Source of the DNA: Botryllus schlosseri
Lineage: Eukaryota
Direction of reading: 5' to 3'
DNA: 64,000 bases
NCBI GenBank assembly: GCA_051294905.1
Contig: CM119372.1
Span: forward strand, 29,266,001 to 29,330,000
Part shown: positions 1-13,273 of the stretch, one piece after another
How positions within the stretch are numbered: position 1 is the first letter of the stretch
Layout: the number at the start of each line of letters is the position of its first letter
Notes under the pieces: model-generated
Database searches by the model: none
What the model saw: the letters and a program-made list of their open reading frames with translations, nothing else
Told to the model about the DNA's origin: nothing
Position numbers and translations under genes: made by a program

Positions 1-1655
1 AAATGAGCCAAAAAGTAGTTATTCGTGAAGTGAAAAAGAAACTGTTACATGCAGGTCGCATGGAGAATATAATAGTAACAAAAACTACAATTCAAATATA
101 TTTGGTCGCACTGCTGTATCACTTCTACTCAAAGGCCCCAGATAGACAGAGAAACCCGAATGACGATTATTAATGAGCCAAATTCTAACGTCTGCGTTTA
201 CAATTAAATCACTTGTGTTCCTCAAAGCGCATGCGATGAGTTAACGGCAGATTACGAATAAAACAAAGGGAGCATACAAATATATCAGCTTATTCCGTCG
301 TTAGAGTCAGTTAGCGGTTGAATTCAAACGATCAATCTTTGAATTTTTGCCAAAATTCCGTTGTTTGCGAGTAAAGGTGCTGCTAGAATATATCCATTTG
401 ATATATGATCGTGAATGTTATGTAATATACCAAAATGTATACAGGATTGATAATAAACTATGCAAGCGAAAAGTAAGGGCGGGCGTTTTGATGTACCGTA
501 ACATTTTGAAATGATTTGACTGATCCGGCCCGCGAGCGGTTTGAAAGTTTGAATTCGGCCAGCGACGCAAGTTGAGTTTGATACCCCTGGCCTAGGACTT
601 CGTACCTGAATCATCTTTTCCAGCGTGATTGCAAACTTTTCTGGCAATATTCCTTTGCATCGCACGTCTAATGCATTTCGCGCGGCACCGTGCTAGAAGC
701 GACATGATCCCTTTCTATCACATAAGCATTCGACGTCATGATTCATAATGCCATAACGCTTCCATTTTCGTGTAGTTAAATGTCAGAAAATGTAAGATAT
801 TCTTATAAGCCATAGATTCTGTTCACCATTAAACTGTAACGAAAATACACAGGTCTTCAGAAACAGCTAGGATACTGCTATACCTACAATATCTGCTATC
901 AACACCTGCAATATTCTCAAGCTAAAGTTAAGCTGTGGCTTCGAAACCCTCAATATCTTACAGCAACACATCTTGTTATTATCCAATACGAAAACATCGC
1001 GTCGATACAATATCTATCTGGAACATTCAGCCGCACGTGCTCAGGCTCAGATATGTCTGAAGTCTGACGCCGCTATGTCTCGAATATGTATGACGTCACA
1101 ATGTACTGTTCGCTCGAGCAGCTACGAATTCATGATCAAACAATTCATATGGCCATTCGCAGGAAAAAGGTAATGGACGTATACTCCTCTCGTCGCAATG
1201 ACAAAGGAGCATGGCGGCTATACACCAGCTCCAGTGTTTCGATATCTAGTTTGCATCAAAGAATGTACATTCTTTGGTTTGCATCATACATGCGTCAAGG
1301 AGTCTACAATGGTGGCAGAACTGGTCCAACAGATAATTACACAAAAGATCATACCTGCAGCAAAACTACATAACATACCAAATTCGCTTGGCATGCTACT
1401 ATTGCTAGACCTTGATGTCTGCTAGACCTTGATGTCTCAAAGGATACTATTTATAAAACGATATAAACGATGGTATCTGCAATGCCCAAATGTTCGGATA
1501 CCATTCACCGATTAGCATTCAGCACGGCCATCGATGTCGTAATTTGCTTGATGATTGAAACATGATGTAATGACGAAAATCACATATATTTGTCCATAAG
1601 ACCGTAAGCGTGTAAAATGATCGAATTGTAAGTGCAATAGCAATGTTGTAACTAA

Positions 1656-1934
1656 TGATTATCCAGTAAATCGCTTTTACGAATGCAAAAGTAAATTCAG
1701 AATACTGATTATCCAGTAAATTGCTTTTACAAATCCAAAAGTAAATATGAAATACTGGTTATCCCGTAAATTGCTTCTACGAATTTAATCTGTAATTTTT
1801 TTACCCTCTAAAAACAAGTAAATTTACTTTCGACGTGCCCGTATATTAATTTAACGAGCATTTACCGTTAATATAACTGACGGGACAAATTTACCGGTAT
1901 AATTTGGGTAAATCTACGAATATTTCTAAGAGTG
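1656..1934. mobile_element. End of a CACT-terminal (EnSpm-like) non-autonomous element with about three 50-bp tandem repeats
   Basis: Repeats start at 1656, 1706 and 1756 (tgattatccagtaaat...). Ends TTTCTAAGAGTG followed by TA. Other end not found. Confidence 0.45.
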
Positions 1935-2110
1935 TAATGGGTTCGTAAATCTCATGTGGCCCTTTGGCCGAAAAGGTTCGTCAATGGTCACCCCTTCCCC
2001 AGACCAACTACCTTATATACCAGAATGTATATTATTGTTGACCCCGCGTTGAATTGAAAATGCGCAATTCATAAATTAAAAGCGGTATTGCTGCAATTTT
2101 GCGTACTTAC

Positions 2111-2309
2111 TCTGAATTCTTTTTTGTAGCAAGATATAATAACTTTGAAACGTTCCCCTATTTTGAATGGGATCTCATGATGCTCTTCCTTTTGCCACGC
2201 TCCGTCCAGTTGCGAATTCATCACTAGTACTTTGTCGTGAATTCTTGCGTTGAAGAACAACGCCTTAGTGCCATTTCCATTTTTTCCCGCCTGCAAACTG
2301 AATGAGAAC
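2111..2309 (-). CDS. Galectin CRD3 core exon (FSFSLQ...ALFFNARI...MNS...WQKEEH...PFKIGERF...); gene continues left
   Basis: atttcag acceptor, AGA|gtaagt donor, 199 nt, phase 2->0. No convincing following exon found in 1-2110. Confidence 0.9.
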
Positions 2310-3508
2310 CTGAAATATAACGAAATATGGATCATGCCGAGTTATAAATAACGAAACCAATATGGAAAGAGGGTTTTTATATTTTTGATTGACCAATAAA
2401 ATCAAATCAAAGAAAAGATTTGTAAATCTGGTTCTAGACACTTCGGCACATCATTAAGCTTTCACAGTCACACCAGTTGCGTGTTATTCATTTAGATGAG
2501 TGAGAGCATTTGGCACGTACGGACGAATTGGTATAGGTGAGTATGTGGAAATGCACGGGGAGGTGTCGCCTTTGTTTACGTGCAGAACCTCCTCCTAGTA
2601 AACTCATGAATGCAAATAAGACTTCATCGCTAAGCATAGGAATTCAACAATATGGATATTATGGTCTCATTTACATCAAGGTGTGAGGATGCGATGGTTC
2701 GATTACGTGTTAGAAAACTTCACTGATTTAATTTGCACCCTGCGATGAACTCACATTATAAAAACGTCTGCATATTATATATCCAATTATTGCTCTTACA
2801 GCAGGGGTTCCCAAACTTTTTATGGTGTCGAACCTATATTTCGACTTTCCGCTACCCCATCTTTTAATGTATGGCGTGCTCATTACTTAGGAAAATTGTC
2901 AGCACCTTCGCCCAAACCAACTCACCTGGGAAGCTGGCGACTGTGTGGCCTGGCCAGTAATAGCAATTCTGCAATTTTGTACTCGTCAACTCCCGTCTAT
3001 CAAGACTAGACAGTGCTGGCAAAAACTCTTTACATTCAACAGACAAAAATAAATTACATCTAGAATGTGCATAAATTCGTTGCTTATTATTCCCAACAGA
3101 CGCATCCCGTCACCACAACGCTTATAGCAGGTATAAGCTATACTTTCTGGCTACACTTTACTCCAGGGCTCACCAACGCGGTGCCCGCAGTTAACTGGTA
3201 GCCCGCGAGAACCAAATGAGTAACCCGCCTAGCCGCAGTAGTAAATGTTAAAACAAGAGATTTTAAGGTCGAAGCGGAGAAGAGTATGAGCAGCAATTGA
3301 ACATGCGTCACTCGACCCCTAGCAGCATACGAACAGAGGTTTCAACCAGGGCGTTGGTCGACTTCCTCGACGGGGAGATCGGCGCTTTTGTTGGCAGTGA
3401 AGCTACGCAACTGAGCCCTGAGCAGCTGGTGTGAGTCCGGGTGAGTTTTCATTTCGTGGCAAGGGGTGGAAGCCCTGCCCAAGTGCCCAGTGCTCTGCAT
3501 ATCTAAGT

Positions 3509-4166
3509 CAAGGGCGGCCAGCTCGTGACCCACGAAAAGGTTTTGAGGGGCCCGTGGTCGTTAGGTAATTTCCGAAATTAGGTATATTATCGGAATTGAA
3601 TGGCTCAGATTGTGAACGTGCAAGTTGCAAGGCCAACCAAAAATTTGAATTGGTCTGTACACGACACTTGAAATGTCGATTAATCCAGGGGCCAGTATTC
3701 GAACATTACAAGTAAGTAAAATATAGTATAAAAATTGTATTTCACGCTTCCCGCGATTTGATTATCACTTTATTTGTTGCTTTTGATATTGGTACTCCTC
3801 CTGAAAATGGAAAAAGCTGCCAATTCACCCTATTAACTATTATCGCAATTACGAGAGAAATTGTCCGCGCGTTTGCGCTCGCAGAAACATCGTCGACGAT
3901 GAAACCCAGGCACAAGATGATTGACATGTTGACATGTTAGCCGAAACCGTAGATAGGCTATCGATATGTCCAGGTGCCGAACAGTCCTGTCTTTAGAAAT
4001 TGAGCCCAGCGGGTGGTATACAGTAGACCAGCAATATGCTCAAGTAACAATATTATTGACCTAGTTCATTCACGAACTTTCGAGCCAGTGCGCGGGTGAC
4101 TGGTGGCCCGCGCACTGGCTCGTCATTTGCATGTGGTACTTTGGCCGGAAAGCTTGGCCACCCCTG
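3509..4166 (+). mobile_element. hAT non-autonomous element, family A
   Basis: CA(A/G)GGG.GGCCA ... TTGGCCACCCCTG termini. Internal similarity to 9072-9901 and 58280-58964. TSD degraded. Confidence 0.7.
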
Positions 4167-4221
4167 GCCAAGTCAAGAAATCCAACCGAGCACGGATAAA
4201 CCGTGGGAGTAACTGTTAGCC

Positions 4222-5111
4222 CATGGGTGGGCAAACTTTTGAGCTCGCGGGCCGCATTCAACATCTGAATTCATTCGCGGGCCGCACTCTACAAAATTGG
4301 GACTATACAACGAAACGCAATATTGGTATATGATTATATAGTGATGACATGGAGATAATATATATGCTTATATAAAACAAACCAAACATTACTTTGATTA
4401 TATCGTACAAGCGTGAGAAACAGTGGCGAGATTTCAAAGGCTGGTCAACCTCAATAACCAATTTGTCAAAACTATAGAGATGAAAGTCGGTATTGTCCCG
4501 ATTCTTATAACAGGATTAAAATTTAAATATGTGAGCAGCGATCTGTTCATAGATTTACCAATTCCACTTTTGGTACAGTTCCAGGACACACAATGCTGAC
4601 AGCATCATAACCATGTTAGCTTCAAACACCCTTCTACTATATGTGTAGATAAAATATTAATCCCCTATAATTATACGCATACAGAGAACGAATCTACCTA
4701 AGACACGCGCGAATCGTTTTTATAAGCACACCACCGAAATAATTAGAACTGGAGTGGTCAATCTGAAATCACACTGGTGATCCGAATTATGTCAATATCG
4801 TATAACGATTTCTACAGTTGTATGTAAATCACGCGAAGCGCGAAAAAAAAATCAGTTGAGCTCAGCTTCGCGTCCCCTTCAGATGCTTTCACGACCCGCA
4901 AGGAGGGCGCGCCCCTCCGTTTGACAACAACTGTCTTAGAATTATTATGGTTAAATATACTAAAAAAAGTTTAATCAAGTCCCTGCATTAATTCGATTTT
5001 TAGTACGCATTTCATCAATATTTTTAATAAGTTTCTTTAGACTCTCGCGGGCCGCACAGAACAGTGTTGAGGGCCGCATGCGGCCCGCGGGCCGTAGTTT
5101 GCCCACCCTTG
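4222..5111. mobile_element. hAT (Charlie-like) MITE
   Basis: TIR CATGGGTGGGCAAAC / GTTTGCCCACCCTTG. Perfect 8-bp TSD TGTTAGCC. GCGGGCCGCA subterminal motifs. Confidence 0.85.
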
Positions 5112-5786
5112 TGTTAGCCCGTAGCAATAATGAGTACCCAAGAAGCAGCTCTTGATTTCAAAAAGGTTGGTGACTGGTTGCTTTACTGTAAGGACAGGAC
5201 TGTAATTACAGTATTCCGCTGCTTAACAACTTCGTGGAAATCCAGATTTCCGAAATCATACAACATTTTCACAAAATTTTCGGCGGCTTCCAAACTCAGA
5301 ACAAAAATTAAAATGATTCAAAAGAAGGTGCAATTGGAACTAAAATAGCATGTCTTGATTTCAATGGAAATTAGGTTCTGTGGTTATTACAGTCATCGTC
5401 ACCAACTTTATTCACATATGTTCAGCATTATGCAACATTGAGTTTTATAAATAACCAAACGATCGATCAATCAAACAAACAACGAATAGACTAATCGATA
5501 TTCTGAGACAGTTATTGAGTCAATGTACTTGCACACATTCAAATGCATGTGCACTCATGTACAGTGGACAGCCAGGACGACGAAGTTTCGATTGCATGTC
5601 TCTCCAGAACGAAGTGCGATGATTTTGAAGAGAAATTGCCTTGTACGATTATTCTCACTGATTGTATCTGTCCTGGAATTCGTGTGAAATGTGATTCTAA
5701 CGAAGCTTACATAACGTATAGGGCCTATTAATCAATTAGATAAAATTTAAAAAACCAAGTATCAATGCAGTAACCGGGCAATGAGT

Positions 5787-6065
5787 GGCGAGATAGCGTA
5801 GTGGTATACCCTACAGCTGCAACACCACTGGTTTGCGGGTTCGAGTCCGACTGGGGTCGACTTCAAAATTTCTACCTAAGTGTGGGAGGTTCATCTAGGC
5901 TTCTCCTCGCAATCTCATCCGTCTATGCGGTGTCTTGTTGAAGCCTAGAAGTGGACCGTGCTAAAAGTCGGCAGCTACGGAACACAATTGAAGAAAATTG
6001 GCATGGTGTAAATGACTATAGTAGTCGACAAACACCATGAATACCACAAACAACAACAACAATAA
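5787..6065 (+). mobile_element. tRNA-derived SINE, near full length
   Basis: A box TAGCGTAGTGG, B box GGTTCGAGTCC, (CAA)n tail, degenerate ~17-bp flanking direct repeat. 3' parts recur in reverse at ~12229-12350, ~28345-28480 and ~29640-29770. Confidence 0.8.
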
Positions 6066-6205
6066 CCGTGCGATTAACCAATCAATTTTACCGGGCATAT
6101 TGGGTTATGTAGGGGGGCGTTCCATACCTTGTTTGCACCCCATGAGGGCGTTGGGTAAAAAGTTTGGGAAACACTGATCTATTGCATCGAGATAGATAGA
6201 TTTAC

Positions 6206-6294
6206 TGATTATTAGTTCCATTCGCTGTCGGTATTCCTTCCAGGTATATGCTCCGCACTGGTTTCATGGCAGTAAGACCGTAATTAGCTGAGAC
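6206..6294 (-). CDS. Galectin CRD3 first exon (VSANYGLTAMKPVRSIYLEGIPTANGTNN)
   Basis: ttacag acceptor, CA|gtaaat donor, 89 nt, phase 0->2. Paralogous to the 24536-24615 exon (AIKPGRKIYIDGIPT). Confidence 0.82.
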
Positions 6295-6766
6295 CTGTAA
6301 TTTGGAAAACAATGATTTTGATTTGTAAATGAACAAAACAGTACTGAAACATCGCCATAGTCAAGTCGGCGAATCAAAAATGTTTTAATTGAGCGTATAA
6401 ACGTTCTATCTGTTCACGATAATCCATGGATTACTACAATGCACGTATAGTCTATTCACGTTGTAGGAAATGTTTTCACATATTTACGTTCTAGATTGGC
6501 ATTGAATTTGGCCTGATATTTTTCATTTTTAGCCAGAGCCGGATTCGTATTTTTCTGCGATCAGATCCTGCGAGTTTTTATTTTCACGTTTCTCATGTTG
6601 CAATATTCAATAAATAACCTGAACCCACACCGTATAATCTACTGTTTTTGTAGTTAGCCTTGGAGTCGGATGGTAACGCGGCCGAGAACGCAAAACAACT
6701 CTACCGATGCATTTGAACGTAGAATATATGGTCTCAATATAAAAATTCGGATTTGGCATACTATAC

Positions 6767-6895
6767 CGGGGCCTTCCTCTCGAAATCCACGCATACAGCA
6801 GTCAGAGTGATGTTCCCCTTAATCAATAGATATTTCACATATTCGTAGTTCAGGCGGTGCTTGAATGTGAGCAATAATACGCCATCGAACATAAC
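6767..6895 (-). CDS. Galectin CRD2 third exon (VMFDGVLLLTFKHRLNYEYVKYLLIKGNITLTAV...)
   Basis: atgcag acceptor, CCG|gtatag donor, 129 nt, phase 0->0. FxHRL...LxIxG motif. Confidence 0.9.
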
Positions 6896-7734
6896 CTGCA
6901 TCGGAGAATAGAAAAATAGGAAAAATCGGAGTTAAAAGATGACGGAGACACACTCTACATCAGGGGCGGGCAACTTCTCCATCCGGCGGGCCGGATAGGG
7001 GAACATGAACATGAGGCGCGCCGGATTCCTGCATTTTTTTTATGAGTTTAGGGGAGCTCCACCCGGGGGAACGCGCCACAAATCCGTCCATCATACCCTG
7101 CACTACCTTTTGTACGGACACTTCAGAGACGCACACATTTCTGCAGTTGCGAACTATGTCTTGATTGGGCGACCGATTCACGGGCGAGCCCAAAACGGTG
7201 ATATGGATGTGGTCAAAAATCAGGGTATATTTGGCCTCTAGTCGCGCGAAGCGCAAATTTTTTTTTGCATAAATGAATGAATTTGATTGCTGATATTGGT
7301 GCGTGTATTAGCAAGTGGTTTCTTCCAAAATTTACAGCACGTATAATTACACTGGTCTACAAATTTCAACTTTTTTTTTCAGGTTCGGGTTTTGACAACT
7401 GATTTTGGCTAATTTTGGGGCACTGATTCCGAAAATGGCCTCAGATTTTCTCCATCACATCACGTTTTTGAGATATGAAATATCCCTAATTTGAAGAAAA
7501 AAATCAATTTTTGACCCCCCCTGTTTTCAAAACAAGGAAATCTGATGTAAAAAACTATGTTTTATCAGCAATAATCCAGCTTTAGTTAGCAAACAAGCAT
7601 TCTATATTATATTCAAACAAATTAGCGTTGTATTTATTAAAATTTCATGCCTTGGATTAAAAAATAAGCAGGCAAAAGAGCAACTAACAAAGCTGGTACA
7701 AGCGTGACATTTTATCGCAATGAACAATGAAAGA

Positions 7735-8600
7735 GGATTATCAGAACATCAAAACCGTTCTCGAAAAGTTGTAGTAGCATGACCATGGCTGGCTCATCTG
7801 TCTAGATTTGAAAATGGTGAACTTTTTGCTGGGGCTATACCGAATACCCATGTTTCCTATGCTACCGGGACAGCAGGGTCAAGGATAACCACTGGAACAA
7901 AGATGAGTGGCCTCCAAGGCTCACGTTGACGCCTGGAGACAACAATATCATACGTGATCAGTTTGCTGATATAAAAAAGATCCTCTTGCCTCCTCTTCAC
8001 TTCAAACTTGGTCTCATGAAACAATATGTAAAAGTTTTAGATTGTGAAGGGGGTGTTTTAAAGGATATATGTTATGCTTTTTCTGGTCTCAGTGAAGAGA
8101 CAAAAGAACTGGGATTTTCAATGGACCTCAAATTAGGCAATTGTTAAAGGATTAAAATCTTGTATATAATCAATGTTGCCATTCGAGGCTAGAGCTTGGA
8201 ATGTTTTCAGTGCTGTTTTTTGGGAAACAAAAAAGCAGAAAATTATAAAGATCTCTCAAGGGAACTACTGCTTTGTTATGAAGATTTGGGATGCAGGATG
8301 AGCATCAAAGTTAACGATTTGAAGAGCCATGCGGATGAGTTTAGACATAACCTTGGGAAAGTTAGTGAAGAACAGGGTGAAGGTTGCAGCCAAGATAATA
8401 AAATTATGGAGACACGTTATCAAGGTCGGTCGGATTTATGGATTCATTTATATCCCACACCAGTAAAAATCCGGTACGAGCAAGGACAAGGACACAGTTG
8501 CCACCTGTACCGGGATTTTCGTATGATAGCCGATTATTGATGGAGTTGGAAAGGAACAATTCCAGATGCTGTTCGTAAAAGAAAGTCCCACAACAGAGAA
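7735..8600 (+). pseudogene. Chapaev3-type transposase C-terminal half, frameshifted
   Basis: Motifs across frames: WLICLDLKMVNFLLG, YPCFLC, LLPPLHFKLGLMKQYVK, GIFNGPQIRQLL, FLGNKKAENY, LGCRMSIKV, NLGKVSEEQGE, METRYQGR, MIADY. Confidence 0.85.
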
Positions 8601-8772
8601 TTTTTTAGCTTATAAGTGAAGACTTCATATTTTATGAAAGCTCTTTTTTTACTGTTTCTGAACTCGCCCTGTCCAAGTCCCTGTCTTCAGAATTTCTGCA
8701 CTTTATTGGAATGTCTATGTGCATATTGTGTGAACTCTAGGCTGTAATTCAGATAATACCTTGCTACTGTCC

Positions 8773-10848
8773 CAGGGCTGTGGAGTCGGAGTCGGAGTCG
8801 GTGGAGTCGGAGTCGGAGTCGGGGTAATTTTCGCTTGATGGAGTCGGAGTCGGAGTCGGAGTCGTGAAAACTATAATAGCTGGAGTCGGAGTCGGAGTCG
8901 GAGTCGGTGGGAAAATACTGACTGGAGTCGGAGTCGGAGTTTGTGAGAATGACTTTGACTTCGACTCCGACTCCGACTCCGACTTCTCTATCATGAAAAC
9001 ATTTGCTTTCAAAGAATTTTCAATATAATTTTTATGTACCACCAATCACTGTTAATATTAACCATACAGATCAGGTGCGGCCAGCCCGTGGCACGCAGGC
9101 CAAATTTGGCACACGAGAAGGTTAGGTGTGGCCTGCGAGGTAATTCTCGAAATTATTTATGACATCAGGTACAATTGCAAGGCCAACCAAAATTTGGTTA
9201 GCATGACCGCAAAATTTGATGATGACGAAAACAACAGTTCTGAGGCATTGACGTATCCAGGGGTCAGCCACATTTATCCCAGATCTTCGTATATGACCAT
9301 GAAGTAGAATATTTCATAGCAGATTTATTTGACTTGAAATTTTCTCGGTACTTCGCATGATTCATTGTCACTAGATTTCTTGCATTCAGTATTGGAGCCC
9401 CCATTTGAAAATTATAAATACATATTCTTCACAGAATTGAGTCTAACTATATTCGCAATTAGGAGATACGGCTTCGCTTGTGCACTCGCAGCGAGATCGT
9501 CGACAAAACATTTGCACAAAATGATTGGGGCATGTTCACTGATACCGTCGATTTTGCTATGTCTAAACGTCGAATAATCCTGTCCTTGCCAAATGAGCCC
9601 AGTGGTATACAGATGCGACCCCCAATGTATGTTAGCGACATATTTATTGATATAGCTATAGCCTAATTCGGTCGTTATCTTGTAAAAAAATTTCGCGCTT
9701 CGCGCGACCAGGGCCTGATTACGCACTGCACAGTTGCATGACATAATGTTATCAATTTTAGAGCATAGTAATATAACTATTGTTTCATAATTCGGTTCGC
9801 TCCTATCGACGACTAAAAAAAGGTTATCAACATTCCCGTTGCCCGCGCAATGGTTCGTAAATCTCAGGTGTCCCTTTCGCCGAAAAAGTTGCCCACCCCT
9901 GATATAGATAAAAGACATTACTTGCAAATTACAACTCAGTTGCAGAGGGGAAGAAAATCGCAAGATGCGTTTTCGCGATGCAGTCAAAATTGATGCAATT
10001 TTTGGAATTATACCATGATACTCTGACAGAGAAAATGCATCGGCTGGTTTTGTAAAATTGTAAAAATGATGTAAATATGACCAAACGATGCTTCCCATTT
10101 GACAAAATTAAAAATATTTGTAGTGTAGCTTAGCTGTTTGGTTCGAACAAATGATTAAAAAAGACTGCAAGTCCCAATCCTTGAATACTTGATTAAGTAC
10201 ATGTAGACTAGACATAGGCTATGGTCTTTGACTACTTAACTAAATTCCATTTATGACCAATGTCTATTACTAGTAGCAAGAGTGTTTGTGCTTGTAATCA
10301 GGATAGTGTGTAATGACAAAATTAGTAAGTTCGATTTCTTTATTAGTTGCTGAGTCATACACAAGAGCTACACTTGGATTTTTTATCTACATTTTTATTA
10401 TACAGGATTGGATATCTTCCATATTTGAATGATTCATACATTTCAGGATATTAGAGAGTCCATGTTATAAAAACTTGAATAAGTAAGGATATTTAGCAAA
10501 TCTTTATTTCATGTTAATTGCGTAATGGATAATTCGAGCTGTGCCACAATGAAACAATTTAGCACGCCACAGTTAATCATATGTTTGCATATGTTTAATG
10601 GTTGTATGATAGTCATTCAACCGACAATGTGGCATATAATTTTCGAGGTGAATTGGTAATAATGCTGGAGTCGGAGTCGGAGTCGGGAGTCGGAGTCGGT
10701 ACGTTTAAAGACCCAGGAGTCGGAGTCGGAGTCGGAGTCGGTACGTTTAAAGACTCATGAGTCGGAGTCGGAGTCGGTATATTGAAAATGTGTGGAGTCG
10801 GAGTCGGAGCCGGAGTCGGTGGTAAAATTTACCGACTCCACAGCCCTG
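8773..10848. mobile_element. hAT element with (GGAGTC)n subterminal arrays
   Basis: TIR CAGGGCTGTGGAGTCGG / CCGACTCCACAGCCCTG. Perfect TSD TACTGTCC. A related remnant lies at ~51620-51770. Confidence 0.9.
9072..9901 (+). mobile_element. hAT family A copy, innermost layer of the nest
   Basis: CAGGTGCGGCCA ... TTGCCCACCCCTG. TSD ATACAGAT / ATATAGAT. Confidence 0.82.
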
Positions 10849-12566
10849 TACTGTCCTATCCACATGTTCGTCAACATAATGTAGCATTTAATTTTATTAT
10901 GGTTGCTCTTTTGCACGCCTATTTTTAATTCCGGGGCATAAAACCTTAATAAAGACAACTCAAATTTGTATGAATCTAACATCGAATGCTTGTTTGCTAA
11001 TTAAAGCTAGAATATTGCATGTAAAACAGTGTCTATTGCATCAGAATTCCTTGTTTTGACAACATAGGGGGGTCAAAAATTGAATTAAAAAAAAAATTAG
11101 GGATATTTCATATCTCAAAAACGTGATGTGATGGAGAAAATCTGAGGCCATTTTCGGATTCAGCGCCCCAAAATTAGCCAAAATCAATTGTCAAAACCCA
11201 AACCTGAAATTTTGTGTAGACCAGTGTTATAATTTTGAACATTGATCATGGCATAATAATATACATTCATGAGCTTATCGCAGATTATTCACTTCGGGCG
11301 GGTTCATTCTTGTTAATTACTTTGTTGAAAACTCCTGCAACCCCACGGCCTCGGGCTATTCTAGTGTATCTATGATACTGTATTCTCATAATCAAGAAAC
11401 GTACCGTAGTGACACTAATTTGCGCGAATATTTTTTAGTTTGAATCCATCTGCCCGAAAACATATTCCACTATTTATAAATATTACGAATATTCTCTAAA
11501 AATTAGGGAATGGCATGGCCCCATTCGCTCCTGGCTACGACAATGCGGTCAATGCGGTGGACATCAGTTGTATTAGAACGTCGCTTTGTCTTGCTAATGT
11601 TCATGCTCGAAAATGATGGCGCCTAAATGCCTGTAGACGGCGACGCGGGCATCATCATCACAAGACCGAAAACTGTCGGCGGGCCGCACAAAAACCCGAT
11701 CCGGCCTGCGGGCCGTATGTTGCCCGCCCCTGCTCTACATCAAAGTAAAGTACGATCCATCTCACGAAACAATATTTAGTTCGCTGAATTATGGTACATT
11801 GAGGAATTCAAATAACCGATTATTCCGTCGTTCTCAACGGTGGTGCCACGGCATGCTACAATTCAGCCGCCACCGACATTCCCCGCGAATTCTCCATACC
11901 CGATATATCAAATGACTTCAGTGCCTAATTCAGTTTTGTAAGATGCGTCGATTGATGGCATTGGCGGCCTCCGTGTGACAATGTGTTTGCATATACTTTA
12001 TGTCTTCCTCATTAACAGGAGAACCAACTCGCTTTAGAAGTGATCTCAAGCTTTGGAAACATAACTATTCACATTCCGATTGCTGCTGGTGACCTGGTAC
12101 TGCCGGTAAAATATAGGCTTGTAGCGGCAAAGGAATGCGAGAATTGAGAAGTATAGTTCATTGAATTATATCGGTTAACAAATTTCTCCACCGCTGAGGT
12201 TATTATCCCGGTTTATAGACACTATTTCGGTTGTTAATGTTTGAGGTATTCATGGTGTTTGTCGACTACGGTGGTCATCTAGACCAGGCCAATCTTTTTT
12301 AATTTTGTTCTGTAGCTGCCGACTTGCAGCACGGCCCACTTGTAGGCTAGATCAGTGGTTCTAAACGTTTTTGTCTTCACGGACGCCTTCAAGTTTTCGT
12401 TTAAAATTAGCTCAATTAACGTCTATAATATTCACACAAAAAAACAGCAACTGCAACCCAACGAACGCGGTCCAGTGGTCATTAATGTTTTGGAATGCAA
12501 ATATGACAAAAATAACACCGCCTGGCGATAAGTAATGAAGACTGTTCGAAACTGAGGATTATTCAC

Positions 12567-12783
12567 CTCGTAATCGCACTCACGACAGATGATAGCAAGC
12601 TTGAATGGTTTCCCGATTTTGAAAGAGAATTCGCATTCGCCAGGCAGATCTCTTTCCTCCTTCTGCCACTTCCCAGCTACTCTCGTGTTGCGAACAATAA
12701 CGTTTCCCGAGTCAAATCTCGGGTTGAAGTGAAACGCAATGTCATCACTTGCTTCTGGACCGGTTGTCAAATTGATTGCAAAC
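12567..12783 (-). CDS. Galectin CRD2 core exon, canonical binding site (DIAFHFNPRF...VRN...WQKEER)
   Basis: aattcag acceptor, GAG|gtgaat donor, 217 nt, phase 2->0. Full HxNxR, N and WxxExR signature. Confidence 0.95.
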
Positions 12784-13273
12784 CTGAATTAAATATCGAT
12801 ATTACCCTAGTATTGCTATGGGCATATGCTACACCTAGACAGGGAATGTTGTGTTTCCAGATATCTTAGAGGCAAAGATTCTAGCCGCTAGAACTCAACA
12901 TTGAAATGTAATTGGAAATTCCACATGGTCATATTGGGTAATTTTTGAATGCTCGACTCGACTTGAAGCTTAGCAGTCAGTCAGTCAGTCTATTTGGCGC
13001 AGTCCTAACGCAGAGCACATAAGTTACAGCTCATCCCGACAACGATAGGCTGCATACGGAGACATTTTCGCAGTAATATAGCAATGATTGTTACCTGCTG
13101 GTTATGTGGACTAATTGTTTCATGCCTACCCTATTATGAACTTATCTAACTTGTACATGAAGGTGATTTATCAATTTCTGAGATGCCAACTTATAGCACG
13201 ACGGCCAACTTTCGCTCCAGACATTTTGTAATATACCGCTTATGCAGATCAGATGGCGAGGAAGAGCCTAGAT

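Larger units (their letters stand above)
7350..11226 (+). mobile_element. Chapaev3-like DNA transposon, decayed
   Basis: CACTGGTCTAC...GTAGACCAGTG termini, TTA 3-bp TSD, ~330-bp imperfect TIRs, internal transposase relic. Confidence 0.82.
6961..11732. mobile_element. hAT element, outer layer of a nested cluster
   Basis: TIR CAGGGGCGGGCAAC / GTTGCCCGCCCCTG. Perfect TSD CTCTACAT. Confidence 0.88.

Noticed and set aside
606..692. 87-nt phase 0-0 exon-like segment (HGAARNALDVRCKGILPEKFAITLEKMIQ) with AG/GT ends
   Set aside because: Frame-compatible with the 2111 donor but not galectin-like and with a weak pyrimidine tract. Unsupported without RNA data.
1404..1437. 17-bp tandem duplication gctagaccttgatgtct
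   Set aside because: Isolated local duplication with no further structure.
1437..1508. Minus-strand VNGIRTFGHCRYHRL, resembling the missing CRD3 third exon
   Set aside because: In-frame stop just upstream, no splice acceptor, wrong VNG-to-HR spacing and no IxG strand.
5787..5860. Possible tRNA gene
   Set aside because: A and B boxes are present, but there is no clean cloverleaf and it continues into a repeated SINE body and tail.
8764..9045. ORF with (TP)n/(SE)n/(DS)n repeats, like a mucin or adhesin
   Set aside because: It is the translation of the GGAGTC subterminal array of a TSD-flanked hAT element.
9412..10098. Longest ORF in the track (228 aa)
   Set aside because: Crosses a MITE boundary, has no recognisable motif, and sister copies of the MITE show no matching ORF.
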